12,496 nucleotides of DNA, from contig CAYVLA010000092.1 of assembly GCA_964452145.1 (NCBI GenBank), positions 1 to 12,496 on the forward strand. The letters run 5' to 3'. The position numbers and the translations under genes were made by a program. Source of the DNA: Candidatus Hadarchaeota archaeon (lineage in GTDB: Archaea > CAYQAE01 > CAYVLA01). Below, in pieces: positions 1 through 7,072 of this stretch (positions within the stretch are counted from its first letter, which is position 1; every line of letters begins with the position of its first letter). The notes under the pieces were generated by a model. That model was given only the letters and a program-made list of their open reading frames with translations, searched no databases and was not told where the DNA came from.

Positions 1-2
1 GA

Positions 3-929
3 TGGATGGCAGATGGGGTGATGGCCGATGGCCTCGGCTTCGTCATGTCAGGAGGAACAGAGAGCTTCGGGGGGCCTCACACCCATCCCCCCTGGGGCGA
101 TACCTCCGTGGGCGAGGTTCTGGCAGTCGACGCCCATTCCACTCCGATGCTCGGCAGATTCTTCAAGATGATCGTTACGAAGCCGGATGATCCGCTCATG
201 TCCTCCCTCCCCTTCGAGACAGCGCCGACGTTCCACACCCTCAATACTGAGGCCTCCCCAAAGGACGGCTCCGTGACTCTGGCGGTGGCAAGCCTTCCCG
301 ACCGAAATCCCGTGGCAGCCGTCATTCAGGTCGGACAGGGAAGGAGCCTATCGTTCATGCCCTACATAGCCGACACCAGAGCAAGCATCGTGCCGTTCGC
401 AGGGTGGGAGTTCCACATAGACTTCGTCTGCAACCTCCACATCTACCCGGCCCAGGTTCCCCTACCCGCCGACTACCTTAGAACCCACGCCCTCCGAAAC
501 AAGCTCGCGGAATACTCGCAGCTGCGCAAGATGGTCATCGACATCCTAGCCTTTGCGGACATGTTCGGAGCAAACACCGCACAGGCCGATGACCGCATCA
601 CATCGGCCGATGAGAAGATGGCCGAGGCCAGAGCGCTCTACATAAGAAAGGAGCTGGACGAATCCGAAAAGCTGATAGACCAGGCGTTCACAAGCCTGGA
701 CCAGGCACAGATCCTCGCCATGAAGGCCAAGGACCGGGCGCTGATCTGGGTCTACGCGATCGAGTGGCTTGCGGTCACCGGGACTGCCATGGCCTGCGGC
801 TTCGTCCTCTGGTCGTTGATGGTTAGACGCAGAATCTACAAGGAAGTCGGAGCCACAAGGCTGGCAACTCAGACAACGGGAACCCGGCTTGAGGCGATGG
901 ATTTTTGTGATCGAGCTAAGCCCGAATGA
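3..929 (+). CDS. 5'-truncated paralogue 1 of the membrane-anchored GATase1-like (DUF1355-type) family
   Basis: The frame is open to the window edge. Its start (WMADGVMADGLGFVMSGGTESFGG...PWGDTSVGEVLAV) aligns with an internal part of the other paralogues (MRYAMEKGLGSFVTMGG...SWANSVLSEILPV), so the N-terminus lies upstream. It shares the stalk (FADMFGANT) and C-terminal anchor AMKAKDRALIWVYAIEWLAVTGT...LMVRRRIYKEVGATRL. Confidence 0.88.
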   Translation, partial: WMADGVMADGLGFVMSGGTESFGGPHTHPPWGDTSVGEVLAVDAHSTPMLGRFFKMIVTKPDDPLMSSLPFETAPTFHTLNTEASPKDGSVTLAVASLPDRNPVAAVIQVGQGRSLSFMPYIADTRASIVPFAGWEFHIDFVCNLHIYPAQVPLPADYLRTHALRNKLAEYSQLRKMVIDILAFADMFGANTAQADDRITSADEKMAEARALYIRKELDESEKLIDQAFTSLDQAQILAMKAKDRALIWVYAIEWLAVTGTAMACGFVLWSLMVRRRIYKEVGATRLATQTTGTRLEAMDFCDRAKPE

Positions 930-963
930 CAGAATCCCTCGCAGGTGACCACACGAAGAGAAA

Positions 964-968
964 AGGAG
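964..968 (+). promoter_or_regulatory. Shine-Dalgarno site of the sulfatase
   Basis: aaaAGGAGattccATG, 5-nt spacing to ATG 974. Confidence 0.7.
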
Positions 969-973
969 ATTCC

Positions 974-2413
974 ATGATGGGGCCGAACATACTGCTGCTC
1001 TTCAGCGACCAGCACCACGCGGGCGTCCTCGGCGCGGAGGGCCATCCGGATGCGAAGACGCCGAACCTGGACCGGATGGCGCGCGAGGGCGTACGGTTCA
1101 GCCGCGCCTACTGCCAGGATGCGGTCTGCGGGCCTTCGCGCGCTTCGATGATGACGGGCCTCTACCCGCGCACGATCGGGGTGCTGGACAACGGGGAGGC
1201 ACCGCCCAAGGACGCGGCACATGTGCCCCTGCCGACCTATCTCCAGCAGCAGGGCTACCGAGTCGTCTGCTACGGCAAGCAGCACATGCTGCCCGCGCTA
1301 CACGTGGAGTGGGACGAAGCCTTCAGCACGCTGCCCGGAGAATCTCCCGTGTCTTACTGGGAATGGATCCAGAAGCGCGGGCTGCTTTACGAGTTTCTGC
1401 CAGACTGGATGGCCGAGTTCGGCGACCGGATGCCAGGGGTACCGTTCAACTGCTCCGCGCCCCTGATGGCGCGGCTTTCCTCGCTCCCGCCCGATGCCAC
1501 CATGGAGGCCTATACGGCCCAGGAAACCATCGAGTTCCTAGAATCGACAGAAAGCAAGGAAAAGCCATTCTTCTGCTGGACCAGCTTCTACCGTCCCCAC
1601 CAGCCCTACACGCCGATCCGGGAATACGCCGAGATGTACCCGCCGGAGAAGATCGCGTTGCCAGGCAGTCTTCGCGAACCCGCCGAGAACCTGCCGCCAT
1701 TGCTGGAGGCATGGCGCAAGAGCGAAAAACGCCCGGTCAATCTCGCCGAGGCGGCCCGCGACGAAAGAATCTACCGCAACTACATCGCATATTACTACGC
1801 GCTGGTCACCGAGATCGACCATCATATCGGCGCTATCATGGAAACGCTCGAGGCGGAAGGCCTCGCGGAAAACACACTCGTGATCTACACCAGCGACCAC
1901 GGCGACTTCGTGGGCCATCACGGGATGGTGGAGAAATGCTACCAGGGGCACAGCGTTTATGAAGACACCCTGCGCGTCCCTCTGATCTTCTACTGGAAAG
2001 ACCAGATCCTCACCGGAAGAGAGGCAACCGATCTGGTCGAACTGGTGGACATCTATCCGACCCTGATCGAGTTGTGCGGTCTTCAGCCCCCGACGTCCGT
2101 GCGGCTTGCCGGGCGCTCCCTTGCGCCCGCGCTCACCGAGGGAGCACCCGTCGGACGGCCCTACGCGATCGTCGAGAACTACTCGCAAGTCTGCGCCATC
2201 ACCCACCGCTACAAGCTCGGGCACTGGATCGAGCCGCCTATGGCGGGGCGGGATTTCCGCCGCTTCGGGGACATGCTCTTCGACCGGATAACCGATCCCC
2301 TGGAGATGAACAACCTCTCGGGCAGAAACGAATGCGCGGAGGTCGAGAAGCAGCTCCGCGCCTATCTGGAGGAGTGGGAACGCGGGACGCCCGCCGCCCG
2401 GAAATCCACCTAG
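974..2413 (+). CDS. Cys-type formylglycine-dependent (S1) sulfatase, arylsulfatase/choline-sulfatase-like, no signal peptide
   Basis: Motifs PNILLLFSDQH, CGPSRASMMTG (CxPxR, 1127-1141), GKQH, RPHQPY, NTLVIYTSDHG, YEDTLRVPLI and MLFDRITDPLEMNNL. AGGAG at 964-968 favours ATG 974 (or 977) over the ORF-track start at 926. Confidence 0.95.
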   Translation: MMGPNILLLFSDQHHAGVLGAEGHPDAKTPNLDRMAREGVRFSRAYCQDAVCGPSRASMMTGLYPRTIGVLDNGEAPPKDAAHVPLPTYLQQQGYRVVCYGKQHMLPALHVEWDEAFSTLPGESPVSYWEWIQKRGLLYEFLPDWMAEFGDRMPGVPFNCSAPLMARLSSLPPDATMEAYTAQETIEFLESTESKEKPFFCWTSFYRPHQPYTPIREYAEMYPPEKIALPGSLREPAENLPPLLEAWRKSEKRPVNLAEAARDERIYRNYIAYYYALVTEIDHHIGAIMETLEAEGLAENTLVIYTSDHGDFVGHHGMVEKCYQGHSVYEDTLRVPLIFYWKDQILTGREATDLVELVDIYPTLIELCGLQPPTSVRLAGRSLAPALTEGAPVGRPYAIVENYSQVCAITHRYKLGHWIEPPMAGRDFRRFGDMLFDRITDPLEMNNLSGRNECAEVEKQLRAYLEEWERGTPAARKST

Positions 2414-2608
2414 ATGGGGAAGATGCGCGCTCCCCATCATTGTGCGTCCACGTTCAGCGGTCCACCCACAGCATCGACACCCGGCAAGGTATGTTCCGTA
2501 TGTGTCTTCTGGATCCAGACAAAACCACTCGTCCACCTGTCGGTTCAGGGACGCTCAGTCTGTGCTAACAGCGCATCGGTTCCTTTTCGCAGCGTCGGCT
2601 TCTCCGAA

Positions 2609-2632
2609 GGATGGCATCGGGGATGGCATCGG
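2609..2632. repeat. Perfect 12-bp tandem duplication (GGATGGCATCGG x2) in the convergent intergenic region
   Basis: 2609-2620 and 2621-2632 are identical. Confidence 0.8.
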
Positions 2633-2734
2633 GAAGGGGCTATACCATTCTTCCGATCGTTCAATCTACCGGGAGTTGGAGGAGGGGGCTGGACCGCTTC
2701 TGGCTTAAGGGCAAAGGTTGGCTGGGGAGTGACG

Positions 2735-3997
2735 TTAGCCAAACCTTGTGGCTTGGACCCGCCTGTAGAGGCTCCTTTTCACCATAAGCACCTGGATGAG
2801 AGTCAGCGTTACCAATAGCGTGCCCGTGACAGCTAACCACTCCGTCGCATAGATCCAAAGCAGCGCCCTATCCTTTTCCCTCATCGCCTTTGCATCGAAG
2901 TCGTGCACCGTGGACAGGAGGGATTCCATCAACTCTCCCGCCTCCTGATACTCCTGAAGAACATATCTCGCCTTGGCCTCCTCCACCCTGCTGTCCATGG
3001 ACGCGATCTCGGCGAGAAGATCGCGGCTGGGGGCTCGGAACCTTTCTAGGAATTCGAGCATGCCAATGGCACTCGTCCTCCAGCCTTGGTAGCGGGTCAG
3101 CTTGATGCGGACGTCGTGGACGGCTAGTATGTCGTCCGGGAGATGGTGGCCCAGCGAGTAGTGAAGGATGTTGAGGAAGACGTCCTGCGCATACTCATTC
3201 GTCGAGGGCTCGTAGACCGAACTCCACCAAGGATGGTCTAGATCATCAGCCGTACACCATGTTAATGCTCCCTTGGGCCCGTAGGGCATTGAAACTAGGA
3301 ACGGGCTTCTTCCCGGCACGCCGATGGGCCTGATCCACGCCCAGACGGTCGACCCTTGCTTCGGATGCACCATCCCCCAGCCCCTACCGATGACGGATTC
3401 TATTCCCAGTGGGACGAACATCTTCAAGATGGGTGCAAGGTCAGCTCTTCCGTCGACCTCTATCGTGAAGGAGGGTACCAGTTGGCCACTGTTGGGCCTG
3501 AGGAAGTCGTGGGGGAAGATTTCCGCCAGCACAGATGATGCCCACTCCTCGTACATACAGCCGTAGACATAGGTGTAGCCGAACACGGCACCGCCCAGTG
3601 AAGCTAGGGCGCCCAAGCCCGCTTCTCCGACGGCGTACCTCATATCCTCCAACTGGCGAGCCGTGTAGGGGAAAATGTCGGCATCGACGAAGACAATGAA
3701 GCGGTAATCACGGACCAGCTCGTCCCTGGTTCGCGGGAAGTACAGCCTCACCAACCTCTTCTGATCCTCCCTGATCAGGAGCACGAAGTCGCCTTTGGTC
3801 GGTACGAGGGTGAGGCGGAAGCCGGGCTCGTCCTTCAGCCAACCACTTAGCGGACACTCATGGGGCAAGACCTGTCCAGTGCCGAGGACCCCGATCCTGT
3901 CCACTTCCAGACCGGTGCAGACCGGCATCAAGAAGCAAGACACCGAGAGCCAGATGCCGGCCTGCACCAGCGTTGCCCCATCTTCCTTGTCCGGCAT
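2735..3997 (-). CDS. Paralogue 2 of the membrane-anchored GATase1-like family
   Basis: AGGAGG precedes ATG 3997; the ORF-track start at 4165 overlaps paralogue 3. Hydrophobic leader (LVQAGIWLSVSCFLMPVCTG), then LVPT...RLVRLYFPRTRDEL...FIVFVDAD...GLG...GG...WASSVLAEIFP, ADDLDHPWW, NEYAQDVFLNIL and anchor KDRALLWIYATEWLAVTGT...LMVKRSLYRRVQATRFG. Confidence 0.9.
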   Translation of the reverse strand: MPDKEDGATLVQAGIWLSVSCFLMPVCTGLEVDRIGVLGTGQVLPHECPLSGWLKDEPGFRLTLVPTKGDFVLLIREDQKRLVRLYFPRTRDELVRDYRFIVFVDADIFPYTARQLEDMRYAVGEAGLGALASLGGAVFGYTYVYGCMYEEWASSVLAEIFPHDFLRPNSGQLVPSFTIEVDGRADLAPILKMFVPLGIESVIGRGWGMVHPKQGSTVWAWIRPIGVPGRSPFLVSMPYGPKGALTWCTADDLDHPWWSSVYEPSTNEYAQDVFLNILHYSLGHHLPDDILAVHDVRIKLTRYQGWRTSAIGMLEFLERFRAPSRDLLAEIASMDSRVEEAKARYVLQEYQEAGELMESLLSTVHDFDAKAMREKDRALLWIYATEWLAVTGTLLVTLTLIQVLMVKRSLYRRVQATRFG

Positions 3998-4041
3998 CAG
4001 TCTGCTCCTCCTGTCAACCTCCCTTCTCTTTCCAGTTGTTC

Positions 4042-5412
4042 CTATGAGGATGGTTGTCGTAGGCCCAGCCGCGTGGTAACCACCTCCCTGTAGAGCCTGC
4101 GGCGGACCATCAAGGTCCAGAGCAAAAACCCGCAGATAAGGGAGGTCCCCGAAACCGCCACCCACTGCGTGAGGTAGACCCAGAGAAGCGCCTTATCCTT
4201 CAGATCCATCGCATCCTGCATCAGACCTGCGAAATCAGACATCGCCGACCCCATGATCTCCGCGGCATGGGCGAACTCGTAGGCCCGATACCTCTCAAAG
4301 GATGCCAGCCTAAGCCTGTCTATCTCGTCGATCCGGGCATAGACACCTCGTGTGTTCGCCCCAAACGTATCGACGAAATCGAGCAGGCCGATCAGCAACG
4401 ACCTCTCCACGTTGTAGTCGAAGTACAGCCTACGAAGCCTATGTAACTGGAAGACGTCCTGAGGCAGCGGGACTCCGGTTGAGTGGAAGAGAATATTCGC
4501 GAAGACATCGCCTGCGTACTCATTTTCAAACTCGCCCGCACACCAGATCTTCCCCGACCAGATCGGTGACCACCAGGTGGAATCAAGGTCGTCTGCCACA
4601 ACCCAGAACATTCCGCCCGTCGGCCCCACCCTCCACGAAACCAACCAGTCCCTCTCCTCGCCAACGCCAAGCGAGACGCCCCAGCCGCCTTGGGATACCA
4701 CCACCCTATAGATGGCCCAGAGCGTTGCACCGACCCTTGTCGAAAGAGTGGTCAAGGCGAAGGACCCTCTGACCGCTTCTATCCCCAGGGGCACGAACAT
4801 CGACAGGACCGGGGGATCATCCTTGACGACCCTGATGCTGAAAACGTCCAAGTTCTGCCTCATCTCTTCGTTAAGCTCGACGGGCAGGATCTCACTTAGC
4901 ACCGAGTTCGCCCAACTGTAGTAGTGTCGGGCGTAGGGCGACGCCAGGCCGCCTCCCATCGTGACAAAGCTCCCCAGGCCCTTCTCCATGGCGTATCTCA
5001 TGTCGGCTATCTGAGACGGGGTGAACGGGGTCAGATCCCCGTCGGGAAACACGAAGAAGTGGAAGCCCTCCACCAAGACCTCCCTGCTCCTCGGGAAGTA
5101 CATCCGGACGAGCCTCCGCCAACCATCGAGGCTGAGATCCTGTTGGAAATCCGCCTCGGTAGGGACGAGCACATAGTCGACGAGAGGATCGGCGTCGAAC
5201 CACAACGGGATGGGAGACTCCCCCGGCATGACCTGCCCTATCGCCAGTATGCGGATCTGGCCCGTGCCGAGGACAGCTGGTGACAGGCACGAGATGGCGC
5301 ATATTGCCAGCGCCAGCGCAACCCCCCCGGCCTCACCGATCTGTGGAATCCCTTTGACATCTCCCGCAAACCGACCGAGCGAGCTGTAGAACAGAAGCAT
5401 GACCATCTTCAT
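4042..5412 (-). CDS. Paralogue 3 of the membrane-anchored GATase1-like family (start uncertain)
   Basis: About 75% aa identical to paralogue 4 by hand alignment from SPAVLG onward. Hydrophobic leader VALALAICAISCLSPAVLG; anchor KDKALLWVYLTQWVAVSGT...LMVRRRLYREVVTTRLG. The start may be 5412, or ATG 5360 if the G7 tract is shifted (see findings). Confidence 0.9.
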   Translation of the reverse strand: MKMVMLLFYSSLGRFAGDVKGIPQIGEAGGVALALAICAISCLSPAVLGTGQIRILAIGQVMPGESPIPLWFDADPLVDYVLVPTEADFQQDLSLDGWRRLVRMYFPRSREVLVEGFHFFVFPDGDLTPFTPSQIADMRYAMEKGLGSFVTMGGGLASPYARHYYSWANSVLSEILPVELNEEMRQNLDVFSIRVVKDDPPVLSMFVPLGIEAVRGSFALTTLSTRVGATLWAIYRVVVSQGGWGVSLGVGEERDWLVSWRVGPTGGMFWVVADDLDSTWWSPIWSGKIWCAGEFENEYAGDVFANILFHSTGVPLPQDVFQLHRLRRLYFDYNVERSLLIGLLDFVDTFGANTRGVYARIDEIDRLRLASFERYRAYEFAHAAEIMGSAMSDFAGLMQDAMDLKDKALLWVYLTQWVAVSGTSLICGFLLWTLMVRRRLYREVVTTRLGLRQPSS

Positions 5413-5615
5413 TCCATGATGCGCCCCTTACCAATTGTGCGATGACCCCTACCCGCCCAACCTCGCCTGTCAGCGGAATATGAATGTTTCCCCTAGATCT
5501 TCAGGGGATCGTTCCGCGCTCTCAGCTGATTTCTGTCTGCCTGAGTCCCTGCCCATCGACCGTAGCCTGATACCTGAAAGCGATCGAGCAGGGAGAACAC
5601 AGATATGAGGCTTCG

Positions 5616-6968
5616 GTGTGGGTCATGATCTCACCTTCCATGTCCGCTGAGAAGCACGAAGCCGACTGCCGACGGAATGAAAGCCGGGAAACCTACGTAT
5701 GTCTCGCGGATAGGGTTTTCGATGGGCTGGGGGTCAGGGACGAAGTCGGCGTGCTCGTGAGGGGAGAGTACATCGAGGCAGTTCTGCCCGAGGCAAGGCT
5801 GCCGCGGAATGTTCCCGTCCTCAACCTGCCCGGCTGTACCATGATCCCGGGCTTGATAGACTCGCACGTCCACTTCATGCGGTGGCAAGGACCCTTCTAC
5901 CTGGCCAACGGCGTGACGACAATCCGCGACACGGGCAATGAACTGGACTGGATACTTGCCCGCCGGGCGGAATGGGAAACCAGGGCCTGGCCGAGGATCC
6001 TTTGCGTCGGCCCCATGTTGGATGGGCCGCAGTCCGGTTGGGGCATCAGTCGATGTTGCACGGACATGGATTCCAGCGCCCAGGCCATCAGGGAACTGGC
6101 TACCCGCGGGGTCGACGGCGTCAAGCTGTACGCCGGCTTTCCGGGGGAATGGGTGCCCAGCGCCGTGGCGGCTGCCCATGCTGCCGGGCTCAAGGTATGC
6201 ATGCACTGCGTCTCAGCCGACATGCTCGACGCGGCGGCCGCCGGGGTTGACGAACTGTTCCACCTTGACGGTTTAATGGAGCGTCTCTGGCCCGGCCATC
6301 CTCCCGGCTGGCTTGAACTCTGGGGCGACCCCCACGTCTCGGAGGCTCTCGGGAGGCAGATGGAAGCCGCCGATTCGATCTCAAGATCCGGGGCCGTCAT
6401 AACCCCGACGCTGTCCTACTACAGATCCCGAACGGGACCGACTGAGGACCTGGACCAGCTTCCAGAAGCGGTTCGCAGGTGGTTCCTCGATGTGAGCGAC
6501 AGGCCGAGCGAGCCGGACAAGATCGAGAAGTGGCGCCGCGCCCTCTCCTCCGTGCAGGGATTCGTTCACCTTTTGGCGGATCGCGGCGCCCCGGTTCTGG
6601 CGGGGACGGACGTGCCCTGGGTGCTCCCTGGGTCCAGCATGTGGACCGAGTTAGCACTCCTCTCCGACAGCGGCTTGGGCCCGTTGGGGGCCCTGCGCTC
6701 AGCAACCTGGGAGAACTCAAAGCACCTTGGTCTGCCGAAGCTCGGACTCCTGAAGCCTGGGCGGCGCGCGGACATAGCCTTCGTCAAAGGCGATCCGACC
6801 CAGGCCATCCCTGAACGACCTGACATACCCTTGGTCATACGTGGCGGAAAGGCTCACAAGACCAGCCTGCTGATAGACGAGGCAGCGGAGGAGAACGCAG
6901 ATCCGGCGTCGGATCCGTGGGGGGCCGAACTGATTCGCAGATCGAAGGCCATGAAGAATGGCAGGTGA
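5616..6968 (+). CDS. Metal-dependent amidohydrolase family protein (Amidohydro_1, imidazolonepropionase-like); substrate unknown
   Basis: Motifs NLPGCTMIPGLIDSHVH (HxH), ANGVTTIRDTG, GVDGVKLY (Lys), CMHC, LFHLDG, LAGTDVP (Asp) and LGLLKPGRRADIAFVKGDP. The start could be GTG 5616, ATG 5625 or ATG 5640. Confidence 0.92.
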   Translation: MWVMISPSMSAEKHEADCRRNESRETYVCLADRVFDGLGVRDEVGVLVRGEYIEAVLPEARLPRNVPVLNLPGCTMIPGLIDSHVHFMRWQGPFYLANGVTTIRDTGNELDWILARRAEWETRAWPRILCVGPMLDGPQSGWGISRCCTDMDSSAQAIRELATRGVDGVKLYAGFPGEWVPSAVAAAHAAGLKVCMHCVSADMLDAAAAGVDELFHLDGLMERLWPGHPPGWLELWGDPHVSEALGRQMEAADSISRSGAVITPTLSYYRSRTGPTEDLDQLPEAVRRWFLDVSDRPSEPDKIEKWRRALSSVQGFVHLLADRGAPVLAGTDVPWVLPGSSMWTELALLSDSGLGPLGALRSATWENSKHLGLPKLGLLKPGRRADIAFVKGDPTQAIPERPDIPLVIRGGKAHKTSLLIDEAAEENADPASDPWGAELIRRSKAMKNGR

Positions 6969-6981
6969 TCGGCCAAGGCGA

Positions 6982-7028
6982 TCCGCCTGGTGATGCGAAA
7001 GGCGGAAGGCTCACCCCAATCGATGGGG
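6982..7028. terminator. Two GC-rich hairpins between convergent genes; possible bidirectional terminator or stability element
   Basis: TCCGCCT (6982-6988)/AGGCGGA (7000-7006) and CCCCA (7014-7018)/TGGGG (7024-7028). There is no U-tract, so this is not a canonical rho-independent terminator. Confidence 0.3.
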
Positions 7029-7072
7029 CACCCTTGTCCGTCGGCCGGGCAGGAGCGTTCGGGTATGGAGCA

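Noticed and set aside
1..33. GATGG-rich repeats at the window start
   Set aside because: Explained by the coding sequence WMADGVMADG; no repeat-spacer structure.
1538..2536. 332-aa minus-strand ORF
   Set aside because: Antisense shadow of the well-supported sulfatase; no motifs.
2414..2818. 134-aa ORF after the sulfatase and the 12-bp palindrome TCTGGATCCAGA (2508-2519)
   Set aside because: The ORF overlaps paralogue 2 and has no recognisable features; one 12-bp palindrome is compatible with chance.
3998..4165. N-terminal extension of paralogue 2 in the ORF track
   Set aside because: Overlaps paralogue 3; AGGAGG and the leader position support ATG 3997.
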